Below are positions 16,459 to 26,582 of a stretch of DNA of 64,000 nt, one piece after another. Position 1 is the first letter of the stretch; the number at the start of each line of letters is the position of its first letter. Source of the stretch: Anaerolineae bacterium (GTDB taxonomy: Bacteria; Chloroflexota; Anaerolineae; Epilineales; JAHCIE01). The stretch covers positions 212,221-276,220 of the forward strand of contig JAXLWK010000004.1 in assembly GCA_046328525.1 (NCBI GenBank), in the 5' to 3' direction. The translations under genes and the position numbers were made by a program. The notes below the pieces were generated by a model. It saw only the letters and a program-made list of their open reading frames with translations, ran no database searches and was not told the DNA's origin.

Positions 16459-17586
16459 TCACTCTTGCAGCGGCTGGAAACCGCGGCCATGCACCTCTTG
16501 GGCCGGCGAGACGATCACGAACGCTTTCGGGTCCGCCGCATTGACCAGGGCCTTGAGCCGGTTGATCTCCGTCACCGTGAGCGCCACCATCAGCACGTCG
16601 CGCTCCTGACCGGAGTACATGCCCTTGCCGTGGAGGGCCGTCACCCCGCGCTTCAACTCCTTCATGATGGCGTCGGCGACGGCCTGGGGCTGCTCCGTCA
16701 CGACCAGGGTCAGCACCTGCTGGCGGTGGCGCGTCAGGCGCGGGATGATCTGGCCCACGTCCCAGATCCGGCCCGGCTTGCCCCCCTTCGGGAACAGGTC
16801 GCCGACGACGGGGATGTTCTCGTACTTTGGCAAAATCTCGCCCGGTGACTCGTGCAGGCCAATCGTGCCGAAGCCCACCGCAAAAATGATGGCATAGAAG
16901 ATCAGGAGCGCCGTCAGCACCACCCCGCCAGACGTGTCGCCGATCGCGGCCCGCTGAACGATGCCATCCCACGATGAGATCGGGATGGGGTGCAGATAGA
17001 GCTTGAAGATGAGGGCGATAGCCACCAGGATGTATAGCCAAACGTAGTTGCGGCGGAAGCGGCGGCCAAATGCTTCCGCTGTCGTAATCGGGAAACCAGG
17101 GACAAGCAAGGAGTGAGCCAGGCTTTCGGCCCACTCGGCGTGGGGGGTGAACGGCGGCACGAGCATCGCTGCGAAGAAGTCGGTCTCGATGAGCCGGGCG
17201 CGGTAGCTCCACAGCTCGTAGTAGCGGTAGCGGCGGGCTTCGATCCACAGGAACAAGGTGAGCAGCACCATGTTCATGACGAGAATCGCGTAGTGGTTGG
17301 AGATACTGGAGAAGCAGAAGGTGACAGCGGCGCTGGTGGTGATGACGGCCCAGTTGGTGGTGGTGTCGAGGCGCTGCCGCCAGGCGTTGCTGCGCTGGAT
17401 CTCGGCGCGGTAGTAGTGCACCATCGCCGTCGTGAACTCCGAGGCGCGCAGGTTGTAGCCTCGATACGACCAGACGGCCTCCGGCGTCGGCCCGGCGCCC
17501 GGTGGCGGTGACGCGCCGGCGGCGGGCGGCGCACCGGGAACGCCGTCCGAGGCAAACGGCGGCGCGTTCGGGTTGACGCTCGGCAT
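16459..17586 (-). CDS. Membrane protein: N-terminal DUF2270-like TM domain plus C-terminal YitT/DUF2179-like domain
   Basis: SD GGGGAGGG before the ATG (MPSVNPNAPP...). C-terminal ...TALHGKGMYSGQERDVLMVALTVTEINRLKALVNAADPKAFVIVSPAQEVHGRGF resembles DUF2179. Confidence 0.55.
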   Translation of the reverse strand: MPSVNPNAPPFASDGVPGAPPAAGASPPPGAGPTPEAVWSYRGYNLRASEFTTAMVHYYRAEIQRSNAWRQRLDTTTNWAVITTSAAVTFCFSSISNHYAILVMNMVLLTLFLWIEARRYRYYELWSYRARLIETDFFAAMLVPPFTPHAEWAESLAHSLLVPGFPITTAEAFGRRFRRNYVWLYILVAIALIFKLYLHPIPISSWDGIVQRAAIGDTSGGVVLTALLIFYAIIFAVGFGTIGLHESPGEILPKYENIPVVGDLFPKGGKPGRIWDVGQIIPRLTRHRQQVLTLVVTEQPQAVADAIMKELKRGVTALHGKGMYSGQERDVLMVALTVTEINRLKALVNAADPKAFVIVSPAQEVHGRGFQPLQE

Positions 17587-17671
17587 ATACCCTCCCCTAT
17601 GAACCATGCCCCGACGGACCTATCCCAAGCCCCAATGATAGCCGCACAGGACCCCGCGCGCAACTGGCCCC

Positions 17672-17712
17672 ATCGTCAAATAGAGAAAGACCCTGAAGGT
17701 CGCTAAGACACT
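17672..17712 (-). terminator. Terminator hairpin downstream of tmRNA
   Basis: agaccctgagtgtcttagcgaccttcagggtct followed by a T-rich run on the minus strand. Confidence 0.5.
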
Positions 17713-17728
17713 CAGGGTCTTGTCTGAA

Positions 17729-18075
17729 GGTGGAGATGGCGGGAATTGAACCCGCGTCCCGAAAGCTGCACCGAAGGCGTCTACAAGCTTAGTCGTCTCC
17801 CGAGTTGTCGCGCTGGTCCATCTTAGCCGACCAAGCCGGATCCAGCGCCAGGCGACGGTCTTTCGCTTCCCTCATCGCCGTCGGGGAAGCGGCACTCCGG
17901 CTAAATGGTGCTGCTAACTAGACTGTCGGAGTGAGACTAGCGCAGCATCGCCACCCTTAGGCGGCGAGGGCCAATGGTTGATTGGCAGTTGTTGTTTTGC
18001 CCACTTTTTACGAGGATCAGGCGCCTCGGCTTGCAGCCCGCGATCTTCCCTCCCGGTCGAAACCATGTCATCCCC
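17729..18075 (-). ncRNA. ssrA: tmRNA (ssrA); encoded tag peptide ends ...ANQPLALAA
   Basis: The reverse complement begins GGGGATGACATGGTTTCGACCGGG... and ends ...GGACGCGGGTTCAATTCCCGCCATCTCCACC (tRNA-like T-arm/acceptor). The internal reading frame gcc aat caa cca ttg gcc ctc gcc gcc taa gives the canonical ALAA-ending tag. Confidence 0.85.
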
Positions 18076-18120
18076 ATGCACCGGTAAGACGCCAGGCGGC
18101 GGCAAACCTTACGCCGTCCC

Positions 18121-19203
18121 TCACCCCCACCGCGCCAGCCACTCGTCTGCCGTCAGGGCGTGGGGGTCGGCGCCGGCAGTCTCCAGCTCGGCCAGGATGT
18201 TGCTGAAGCGCTGCGTGAAGCGGTTGTTCGCCTCGCGCAGCGCGCTCTCCCCGTCCACGTTGTCCCACAGCGCTACGTTCGACAGGGCGAACAGCAGGTC
18301 GCCGAACTCGGCGGCGCGCTCCTCCGCCGTCTGCGCCGCCTGCCACTCCGCGAACTCCTCCCGCAGCTTCGCCCACGCTCCGTCCCGCGACGGCCACGCG
18401 AAGCCGTAGCGGGCGGCGCGGCGCTGGATCTCCTGCGCCCGCGACAGGGCCGGCAGGGCCAGGACGATGCCGGCGAAGGGGTTGGCGGCGCGCTCGCCCT
18501 TCTTGGCCCGCTCCTCCGCCTTTAGCCGCTCCCAGTTGCGCGTCACGCCCTCGGCGTCGGCCACCTCGACGTCGCCAAAGACGTGGGGGTGGCGGCGGAT
18601 GAGCTTGCTGGTGATGTGGCCGGCGACGTCGCTGAGCTGGAACTCGCCGTCCCGCGTCGCAATCTGGGCGTGGAACACGACCTGCAACAGCAGGTCGCCC
18701 AGCTCCTCGCTGAGCTTCGCCATGTCGCCGCCGTCCAGGGCGTCCAGGCACTCGTAGGTCTCCTCCAGGAGGTACGGGCGCAGCGACAGGTGCGTCTGCT
18801 CGCGGTCCCACGGGCAGCCGGTCGGGCTGAGCAGCGTCGCCATGACGCCGTCCAGGGACAACACCGAGCCGGGGTGCGGCAGGGCCGGGATGTAGAGATA
18901 CTCGGCGCTCGGCAGGGCGGCCTCGTCCATCTCGGTCAGCGTCGTCGGGTGGAGGGTGGCGCTGCCGTCGGCGAGACTGACGAGCGTGGCCGGGTGGTTG
19001 GCCGGGTAGGCGTTGCGCAGCGTGCGCGCCACGGCGGCAGCGTCCGCGCCGCGCAGGGCGATCAGCGCCGGGCGGTCCACGTCCAGGTGCGGGCTATAGC
19101 GGGCGGCGATGGCCGCGCCGTCGGCAAGCTGCACGCCCGACCCGAACGGGTCCAGCTCCAGGGCGGCCAGCACAGGCTCCAGGTTTGCCAGGGAAAGCAT
19201 CAT
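18121..19203 (-). CDS. mazG: MazG-family nucleoside triphosphate pyrophosphohydrolase with a short N-terminal extension
   Basis: ...CPWDREQTHLSLRPYLLEETYECLDALD... and a second EEAAE MazG repeat (EFGDLLFALSNVA). Confidence 0.8.
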   Translation of the reverse strand: MMLSLANLEPVLAALELDPFGSGVQLADGAAIAARYSPHLDVDRPALIALRGADAAAVARTLRNAYPANHPATLVSLADGSATLHPTTLTEMDEAALPSAEYLYIPALPHPGSVLSLDGVMATLLSPTGCPWDREQTHLSLRPYLLEETYECLDALDGGDMAKLSEELGDLLLQVVFHAQIATRDGEFQLSDVAGHITSKLIRRHPHVFGDVEVADAEGVTRNWERLKAEERAKKGERAANPFAGIVLALPALSRAQEIQRRAARYGFAWPSRDGAWAKLREEFAEWQAAQTAEERAAEFGDLLFALSNVALWDNVDGESALREANNRFTQRFSNILAELETAGADPHALTADEWLARWG

Positions 19204-19363
19204 CGTGAATTCCTCTCATACGGGCATTCGCTCGGGTCAATCCCCTTTATTATAGGCCAGGACGGTGCATGAACCCTGTCTCGACGGCGACGCTGCAATT
19301 GGCCGCTGGCCCCTGGTTCTATATAATAGTACGTCATTGTCGTCGCCAACACCGGGGGGTCAA

Positions 19364-22300
19364 GTGAATACCCGTTCTTGCCCGCGCGCGCTCGTCCGCG
19401 CCCTGCTCGCTCTCCTCGCCTTCGCCACCGTCCTCGCCGCCGGCCGGCCGGCTTACGCGATCGGTTCCACAATCATCTACGTCGTGCCCGGCGGGGCGGG
19501 CGCCAAGACCGGCGCCGACTGGGCTAACGCCAACGACCTCGCGCCGGCGCTGGCCGGCGCCAGCGGCTCCGCTGAAATCTGGGTGGCCGCCGGCACGTAC
19601 AAGCCAACGAGCGGCACGGACAAAAGCGAGACATTCGCTCTCAAGAACGACGTGGCCGTCTACGGCGGGTTCGCCGGGAACGAGACGCAACTCAACCAGC
19701 GTAACTGGCGCACCAACGTCACCATTCTGAGCGGCGACATCGGGACGGCGAACAACAATGGCGACAACAGCTACCACGTCGTGACGGGTAGCGGGACGGA
19801 CGCGACAGCCATCCTCGATGGCTTCACCGTCACGGGCGGCAACGCGAGCGTCGGGGGCGGGGATTGCGCGGGCGCCAGATGCGGCGGCGGGATGCTCAAC
19901 ATCGGCGGCAGCCCGACGGTGACCAACGTCACCTTCAGCGGCAACAATGCCTTCCGCGCCGGCGGCGGAATGTACAACGGTATCAACGTCACCATCCCGA
20001 GCAGCCCGACGCTGACCAACGTCATCTTCAGCGGCAACACCGCCGATACCGGCGGCGGGATCGAGAATGACTACAGCAACCCGATCCTGTTGAACGTCGT
20101 CTTCAGCGGTAATCGCGCGGACAAGGGCGGCGCGCTCTACAATGCTGGGATCTCGCCCAGCAACCCGACAGCGCTCACCAACGCCACCTTCAACGGCAAC
20201 TCTGCCAACCAGGGTGGCGCGGTCTACAACGTCAATAGCAGAGTGGAGATCCGCAACAGCATCCTGTGGGGCGACAGCGCCCCCAACAATAGCGAAATCT
20301 TCACCGACACAAGCTCACGGAACAGCAAAACCTGGGTGTACTATAGCATCGTCCAGGGGTCGGGCAGCAGCGGCTTTTGGACCACGGAAGCTCCGAATAC
20401 CCCAGGTACGTTCGATGGCGGAAACAACCTCGATACCGACCCGATGTTCCAGGGGGCGCCGAGCAACCTGCGCCTGCAGTACGCCTCGTCGGCCATCAAC
20501 AAGGGCAACAACACGTACGTCTCCGGCGTGACGACCGACCTGGACGGGAACCCGCGCATCGTGGGCGGGACGGTGGACATGGGCGCGTACGAGTCGCCCT
20601 GCCCGGCCCAGGGCAGCATCATCTACGTGAACGGTGGCGCTTCGGGCGCCAATACCGGCGCGAGCTGGACGGACGCCTACACGACCTTGACGGCGGCGCT
20701 GGCGGGCGTGCCGACGACGCCGCCCAACGCCTGCGCCGAGATCTGGGTCGCGCAGGGGACGTACACCCCGACGACGCCCAGCGGCCGCGATGCCACATTC
20801 ACCCTCAAGAGCAACGTGGCGATCTACGGCGGGTTCACCAGCGGGCAGACGCTGCTAAGCCAGCGCAACTGGCGCGCCAACGTCACGACGCTGAGCGGCA
20901 ACATTGGGACGTCGAACGACACCAGCGACAACAGCTACCACGTCGTGACGGGCAGCGGGACGAATAGCACCGCCATCCTCGACGGGTTCACCGTGACCGG
21001 CGGCAACGCGAGCGTACAAACTATCCCGACCGACCGTGGCGGTGGGATGTACACCAGCGGCGGCAGCCCCTCCCTGACCAACATCTTGTTCAGCGGCAAC
21101 TCGGCCTGGAACGGCGCCGGGATGTACAGCGAGAGCAATAGCCGCCCGACACTGACCAACGTCTCGTTCATCAGCAACAGCGCGTCTAGCACCGGTGGCG
21201 GGCTGGGCATCGCCGACAGCAGCACGACGCTGACCAACGTCACGTTCAGCGGCAACTCCGCCTTCTCGGGCGGCGCGCTGTACAACGAAAGTGGCAGCGT
21301 GACGGTGACCAACGGCCTTTTCAGCGGCAACTCCGCGACCGGCTACGGCGGCGGCGTGTGGAACAACGGCACAGGGGGCGCGGCCACGATCACCTTCACC
21401 AACGTCACATTTGGCGGCAACTCCGCCCAATTCGGCGGCGCATTGTACAACGCTCAAGGCAGCGCGACGATCCGCAACAGCATCCTGTGGGGCGACGGCG
21501 GCGGCAGCAGCGAGATTCAGGGTACTCCTGCGACTGTGACCAACAGCATCGTTCAGGGCGGCTACGGCTCCCCCACCGATAACAACCTTGACGCCGACCC
21601 GAAGTTCATCACGCCCATCACGGCCTCCGCCCCGACGACCACCGGCAACCTGCGCCTGCTGTCAGGCTCCCCGGCCTTCAACGCCGGTAACAACAGCGTC
21701 ACTAACCCGTCGCTGCCCGCCACCGACCTGGACGGCGCGCCGCGCATCGCGTTCGGCACAGTGGACATGGGCGCGTACGAGACGCAGATCGTCGCCAGCC
21801 CGACTCAGTCGCCGGCCGCGAACTCCGCCGGCTGGAACAACACCGACGTCACGGTGACCTGGAACTGGCGCAACACCGCCGGCGCCGTCCCCGCCAGCGC
21901 CGACTGCCCCGCGACCAGCGCGTCATCGGGCGAGGGCACGCTCACCGTGACCGGCGCGTGCAAGGACGCGAACGGTTCCACCGGCGCCGCGTCGTACACC
22001 GTCAAGGTAGACAAGACCGCACCGACGGTCACTCTCAACTCCGCGGCGAACTCCTGCGATGTGCCCGGTAGCAACGGCTGGTGCCGCGGGACGCAGACGG
22101 CCGGCTTCAGCGCCAGCGACTCGCTCAGCGGCGTCGCCAGCCCCTGCACTGGCGCCACGTGCAACTTCACGCAATCCACGACGACCAACGGGAGCGGCGT
22201 CACCATTAGCTCCGGCCAGGTGTGCGACGTAGCCGGCAACTGCGCCTCCAGCAACGCCGGCCCGTTCAAGATCGACTCCGTCGCCCCGACGAATGTGAGC

Positions 22301-23101
22301 GGCGCGCCGACAACGCCGCCGAACGGGAGCAACGGCTGGTACAAGTCGTCGTTGCAGGTGCAGTTCGCGGGGAGCGACCCCAGCCCAGGCTCGGGCATTG
22401 CCTCGTGCTCCCTGGTCACCTACAGCGGCCCCGACGGCGCCTCGGTGACGGTGAACGGCTCGTGTACCGACTACGCCGGGAACACCAGCAACTCGGTCGC
22501 CTCCAGCGCGTTCAAGTACGATGCCACAGGCCCAACCCTGAACCCGACCATCTCGCCCAATTCGCCGGTGCTGGGCGGGACGGCGACAGCCTCGCCCAAC
22601 GCCGGCGACGCCACGTCCGGCATCGCCAGCCAGAGCTGCGATCCGGTGAACACGTCGAGCGTCGGAGCCAAAACGCTCACCTGCACGGCGACGGACAACG
22701 CCGGCAACACAAATAGCGTTGTGGTCCACTACAGCGTCGGCTACGCCGTCAGCACCGTGTCGCCCATCGTGGCCGCGCCGAGCGTCAACAGCCTCTACCT
22801 CCTGGGGATCGGGACGACGGCGACGCCAATCAAGTGGACGCTGAAGAACGCGGCGGGGACGCCGATCACGGCGGCCGGGACGGTGACGGGGATCGCGTAC
22901 AAGGTGAACCCGGGCTGCGGGACATTCCCGACGGATCCGACGGGGGCGACGGCGGCGAGCGTGACGGGCACGAACCCGAAGTACGACACGTTGCAGAAAG
23001 CGTGGGTGTACAATTGGATCCTGCCTGGGCGCGGCTGCTACAGCCTGTTCATCACCCTGAACAGCGGCCAGACGCTGACCCTGTTCTACCACAGCTATTA
23101 G
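19364..23101 (+). CDS. Giant secreted protein: two right-handed parallel beta-helix (pectate-lyase/Pmp-like) domains, Ig/HYR-like domains and the same conserved C-terminal domain as 8035..9918
   Basis: Probable GTG start ([32 protein letters not shown] signal peptide). The track ORF starts at 19265. Two homologous blocks [20 protein letters not shown]...[13 protein letters not shown] / [20 protein letters not shown]...[13 protein letters not shown], each followed by imperfect GG.xYN repeats (beta-helix rungs). C-terminal ...[25 protein letters not shown]. Confidence 0.7.
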   Translation: MNTRSCPRALVRALLALLAFATVLAAGRPAYAIGSTIIYVVPGGAGAKTGADWANANDLAPALAGASGSAEIWVAAGTYKPTSGTDKSETFALKNDVAVYGGFAGNETQLNQRNWRTNVTILSGDIGTANNNGDNSYHVVTGSGTDATAILDGFTVTGGNASVGGGDCAGARCGGGMLNIGGSPTVTNVTFSGNNAFRAGGGMYNGINVTIPSSPTLTNVIFSGNTADTGGGIENDYSNPILLNVVFSGNRADKGGALYNAGISPSNPTALTNATFNGNSANQGGAVYNVNSRVEIRNSILWGDSAPNNSEIFTDTSSRNSKTWVYYSIVQGSGSSGFWTTEAPNTPGTFDGGNNLDTDPMFQGAPSNLRLQYASSAINKGNNTYVSGVTTDLDGNPRIVGGTVDMGAYESPCPAQGSIIYVNGGASGANTGASWTDAYTTLTAALAGVPTTPPNACAEIWVAQGTYTPTTPSGRDATFTLKSNVAIYGGFTSGQTLLSQRNWRANVTTLSGNIGTSNDTSDNSYHVVTGSGTNSTAILDGFTVTGGNASVQTIPTDRGGGMYTSGGSPSLTNILFSGNSAWNGAGMYSESNSRPTLTNVSFISNSASSTGGGLGIADSSTTLTNVTFSGNSAFSGGALYNESGSVTVTNGLFSGNSATGYGGGVWNNGTGGAATITFTNVTFGGNSAQFGGALYNAQGSATIRNSILWGDGGGSSEIQGTPATVTNSIVQGGYGSPTDNNLDADPKFITPITASAPTTTGNLRLLSGSPAFNAGNNSVTNPSLPATDLDGAPRIAFGTVDMGAYETQIVASPTQSPAANSAGWNNTDVTVTWNWRNTAGAVPASADCPATSASSGEGTLTVTGACKDANGSTGAASYTVKVDKTAPTVTLNSAANSCDVPGSNGWCRGTQTAGFSASDSLSGVASPCTGATCNFTQSTTTNGSGVTISSGQVCDVAGNCASSNAGPFKIDSVAPTNVSGAPTTPPNGSNGWYKSSLQVQFAGSDPSPGSGIASCSLVTYSGPDGASVTVNGSCTDYAGNTSNSVASSAFKYDATGPTLNPTISPNSPVLGGTATASPNAGDATSGIASQSCDPVNTSSVGAKTLTCTATDNAGNTNSVVVHYSVGYAVSTVSPIVAAPSVNSLYLLGIGTTATPIKWTLKNAAGTPITAAGTVTGIAYKVNPGCGTFPTDPTGATAASVTGTNPKYDTLQKAWVYNWILPGRGCYSLFITLNSGQTLTLFYHSY

Positions 23102-23245
23102 CGCCCGCCGTGGCGTTTGCGCCACGGCTACACAGGTAAGCCCGAGGGGCCAGGGATTGCCGTCAGCCCCTCGGGCTTCCATTTTGTAGCGGCAATCTTC
23201 AGGCCGCCGCGGAGCGTGTCCGAGTCACCAGGCTTTCCTACCCCC

Positions 23246-23274
23246 TTGACAAACGCCTCGCTATATCGTATAAT
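23246..23274 (+). promoter_or_regulatory. Consensus sigma70-type promoter (TTGACA, 17 nt spacer, TATAAT) for the ars operon
   Basis: ttgacaaacgcctcgctatatcgtataat lies ~30 nt upstream of arsR. It is preceded by a hairpin (agcccgaggggc...gcccctcgggct) that likely terminates the upstream gene. Confidence 0.6.
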
Positions 23275-23306
23275 GACGATAATCGGAAATTTACGATGGA
23301 AGGCAG

Positions 23307-23654
23307 ATGAAAACTGTGACTCTGCCACCGACGGAGGAGCGCCTGGCGCAGATTTTCCGCGCACTTGGCAACCCGCTGCGCCTCCAGATGGTGCGCTACA
23401 TGGCCGAGCATCCCCAGTGCATCACCGGCGATCTTGTACTGGCGAGCGACCTCGCCCAGTCCACGGTCAGCGAACATCTCAAGGTACTCCGGGAAGCCGG
23501 CGTCGTGGCCGGCGTCGTTGAGGGGCCTTCGCGCTCCTATTGCCTCAACGTAGAGACGCTGCGTTGGCTGCGCGAGCAGGTGTCGTTCCTGACCCAGGAC
23601 CTCGAGGCGTGCTGTGCCGTCGAGCCGTTTATCCCGGCGGGGAGCATCGAATGA
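23307..23654 (+). CDS. arsR: ArsR/SmtB-family metalloregulatory transcriptional repressor
   Basis: 115 aa; HTH ...LRLQMVRYMAEHPQCITGDLVLASDLAQSTVSEHLKVLREAGVV...; C-terminal Cys pair (EACCAVE). Confidence 0.8.
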   Translation: MKTVTLPPTEERLAQIFRALGNPLRLQMVRYMAEHPQCITGDLVLASDLAQSTVSEHLKVLREAGVVAGVVEGPSRSYCLNVETLRWLREQVSFLTQDLEACCAVEPFIPAGSIE

Positions 23655-24085
23655 GTGCGACGATTGGCCCGGCGCGACCGGAAGAATTCTCCAAAGTACT
23701 TGTCCTCCTGGAACAGAACCACCTGCCCTCCGACGGGTTGGCCGACCACCGCGACACGCTGCTCGTCGCCCGCGACGGTGAGGCTGTGGTCGGGAGTGCG
23801 GCGCTGGAGGTGTATGGTGACGCTGCGTTGCTGCGGTCAGTCGCGGTGGATGAGCGCTGGCGCGGGCAGGGACTGGGGCAGCGCCTCACCGACGCTGCGC
23901 TTGAGATGGCGCGAATGCGGCGTATCCACGAGGTGTATCTACTCACTGAAACCGCTACGGACTTTTTCCCACGCTTCGGGTTCCGGCGTGTTGCCCGAAC
24001 CGACGTCGCAGCAGGCGTGCAGCAGTCCATCGAGTTCACCAGCGCCTGCCCCGTCTCGGCGTTGGTCATGGCGCAGGAGGTATAG
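23651..24085 (+). CDS. GNAT N-acetyltransferase of the ars-operon ArsN type (N-acetylglutamate-synthase-like)
   Basis: ATGA overlap with the arsR stop. [26 protein letters not shown]...[38 protein letters not shown]. Confidence 0.65.
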   Translation: MSATIGPARPEEFSKVLVLLEQNHLPSDGLADHRDTLLVARDGEAVVGSAALEVYGDAALLRSVAVDERWRGQGLGQRLTDAALEMARMRRIHEVYLLTETATDFFPRFGFRRVARTDVAAGVQQSIEFTSACPVSALVMAQEV

Positions 24086-24096
24086 CGGGAGGTATA

Positions 24097-24725
24097 ATGG
24101 TCGAGCAGCCACATGGGCGGGTGCTGATTCTGTGCACAGGCAACTCGGCGCGGTCGCAGATGGCCGAGGGCCTGCTACGCGCGCGAGCGGGCCCTCGCTT
24201 CGAGGTTCACAGCGCGGGCACTGAGCCGAAGGGTCTGAATCCACTGGCGGTACAGGTGATGGCGGAGAAGGGGATCGACATTTCGGGGGCGCGCAACGCC
24301 GCCGACCGCATGGGCATCGCCAACGCCGAGTTCCGCGAGGGCTTCATCGAGGCCCTCCCATCGCAGACAACTCGGTGGACCTGGTCATCTCGAACTGCGT
24401 CATCAACCTGTCCACCGACAAGGACGCGGTCTTCCGCGCTGTGCGGCGCGTGCTGAAGCCCGGCGGACGGATGCTCGTGTCGGACCTGGTCACAGCGGGA
24501 CCGCTGCCGGCGGCGGTGCGGCGCGACATCGAGCTGTGGGCCGGCTGCATCGCGGGCGCGTTGCCAGAGGCCGCGTACACCGGCAAGGCGGCGGCGGCCG
24601 GACTGACGCGAGTCGAGGTGCTGGCGCGGGCCGGCTACACTGAGGACACACCGGAGTGGCGCGACCTGGGCGGCCCCAACGGCCCGATCTATAGCGTCAA
24701 GGTGCGAGCTTACAAGCAACTTTGA
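24097..24725 (+). pseudogene. Deletion-fusion remnant: N-terminal ~64 aa of arsenate reductase ArsC (LMW-PTP type) fused in frame to the C-terminal half of arsenite methyltransferase ArsM, with a further frameshift
   Basis: [27 protein letters not shown]...GIDISG (ArsC P-loop CTGNSARS) runs directly into [24 protein letters not shown] (ArsM ...NVEFLKGEIENIP region). After EALP the frame shifts. ArsM continues in ORF 24375..24725 ([44 protein letters not shown]...). The SAM-binding N-terminal part of ArsM is absent. Confidence 0.6.
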
Positions 24726-24801
24726 CAAACACCATCGGCGGTCCTATACTATCCTGCACTTTATACACCGCCGCAGTGTAGATTCTCAGGAGTACCAAAT
24801 T

Positions 24802-25563
24802 ATGTCTCTGCCTCTGATCGGCATCCCGACCCACAACGAACGGTCGAAGGAGGACAAGGTTCCGCCGCGCTACGCCATGAGCCAGAGCTATACGTGGGCT
24901 TTGGAGGAAGTCGGCGGCGCACCGATCCTGCTCCCGCTGCTCCAGAACAAGGCCATTCTGCGCCAGCTTTACGAGGGGCTTGACGGGCTGCTCCTGGCCG
25001 GTGGTGGCGACCTGGACCCGGCGCGGTACGGTGAGGCCCCCAACCCGTACTTGTGGGATGTGGATGTGCTGCGCGATCGGGTCGAGACGATGATGACCCT
25101 GTGGGCGCTGGAGGATGAAAAACCCATCCTCGCCATCTGCCGCGGTGTCCAGATGCTCAACGTGGTCTCGGGCGGCACGCTGTACCAGGATGTGCCGAGC
25201 ATGCGCCCGTCGCCGATTACCCACAACTGGCACCTCAAGCGCCCGCGCCACTACCGCGCCCACGCCGTGGACGTCAAGGCCGGCACGCGGCTGCACGATA
25301 TCCTCGGCCCGCGCGTCCAGGTAAACAGCCTGCACCACCAGGCGGTCAAGGACGTGGCCGCCGGCTTCGTCGCCAACGCCATCGCGCCGGACGGGCTGGT
25401 CGAGGGCATCGAGAAGCCCGGCGCGGCCTTCGTCGTCGGCGTGCAGTGGCACCCCGAAGTCCTCGCCATCGAGGACGCCGGCATGCGCCAGCTCTTCGCC
25501 GCCTTCGTGGACGAGGCCCGGGCGTGGAAGGCGCGCCGCGCCAAGATGGAGCAGGCCGCGTAG
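24802..25563 (+). CDS. Gamma-glutamyl-GABA hydrolase-like class I glutamine amidotransferase (peptidase C26/PuuD family)
   Basis: ...ILAICRGVQMLNVVSGGTLYQDV...NSLHHQAV...GVQWHPE (catalytic Cys/His/Glu triad context). Confidence 0.8.
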   Translation: MSLPLIGIPTHNERSKEDKVPPRYAMSQSYTWALEEVGGAPILLPLLQNKAILRQLYEGLDGLLLAGGGDLDPARYGEAPNPYLWDVDVLRDRVETMMTLWALEDEKPILAICRGVQMLNVVSGGTLYQDVPSMRPSPITHNWHLKRPRHYRAHAVDVKAGTRLHDILGPRVQVNSLHHQAVKDVAAGFVANAIAPDGLVEGIEKPGAAFVVGVQWHPEVLAIEDAGMRQLFAAFVDEARAWKARRAKMEQAA

Positions 25564-25664
25564 CCGCCGCTCCCCTTCACGGCGCTGCGCCATGCTGACT
25601 TGACAGAACTGAGAGGCCCGTTTCCCGCGCTGGGAACGGGCCTTTTCTTGTAAGGATGCGTGCC

Positions 25665-26483
25665 ATGTCGGATACGCGCCCCATCGGGGTGTTCGACTCA
25701 GGAATCGGTGGGGTGTCGGTGCTGCGCGAGATCGCGCGCCAACTTCCCGCCGAAGACCTGGTCTACTTTGCGGACAGCGCCAACGTCCCCTACGGCAACC
25801 GCCCCCAGGCGGACATCGAGCGGCTGAGCCTCGCCGCCGCCGACTTCCTGCTGCGCCAGGGCGCGAAGCTCATCGTGGTCGCCTGCAACACCGCCTCCGC
25901 CGCCGCGCTGGCCGCCCTCCGCGCCGCGTACGCGGTTCCCTTCGTCGGCATGGTGCCCGCCATCAAGCCTGCTGTCGCGCGCAGCCGTACCCACAAGGTC
26001 GGCGTCCTGGCGACGGCGGGGACGTTCCGCGGCCGCCTGTACGCCGACGTCGTGGAGCGCTTCGCCGAGGGCGCGGAGGTGCACACCCAGGTTGGGCAGG
26101 GGCTGGTGGAGCTGGTCGAGGCCGGCGACATCGCCGGTCCAACCGCCGAGGCCGCCGTCGCCTGCTACGTGGCCCCCCTGCTCGACGCCGGCGTGGACAC
26201 CCTCGTCCTTGGCTGCACCCACTACCCGTTCCTCAGCCCGACCATCGAGCGCGTCAGCGGCGGGCGGCTGACCATCATCGAGCCTAGCCCGGCCATCGCC
26301 GCCCAGGTCGAGCGCGTCCTGGCGGAGCGCGGCGGGCTGCATCCGCCCGGCGCGGCGGGAACGCGGCGCTACGTCACGTCCGGCGACCCCGCGCATTTCG
26401 CCGCCGTGCTGGCGCGGCTGTCCGCCGCCGACGGTGAAACACGCGGGGCGCGCTGGGAGAAAGGCGGCTGGCAGGCCAACTAA
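25665..26483 (+). CDS. murI: Glutamate racemase
   Basis: MSDTRPIGVFDSGIGGVSVLREI...VYFADSANVPYGNR...IVVACNTASA...VLGCTHYPFL. Confidence 0.85.
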   Translation: MSDTRPIGVFDSGIGGVSVLREIARQLPAEDLVYFADSANVPYGNRPQADIERLSLAAADFLLRQGAKLIVVACNTASAAALAALRAAYAVPFVGMVPAIKPAVARSRTHKVGVLATAGTFRGRLYADVVERFAEGAEVHTQVGQGLVELVEAGDIAGPTAEAAVACYVAPLLDAGVDTLVLGCTHYPFLSPTIERVSGGRLTIIEPSPAIAAQVERVLAERGGLHPPGAAGTRRYVTSGDPAHFAAVLARLSAADGETRGARWEKGGWQAN

Positions 26484-26582
26484 GCCACCATCTGGCTCCC
26501 CTCCACCTTGCGGACTCAGAAGCGAAGATTATTTTCAAGGAAGCGTCTGTGCCCCGTGTATCTCTGTGGCGGTCTTCTTCCG

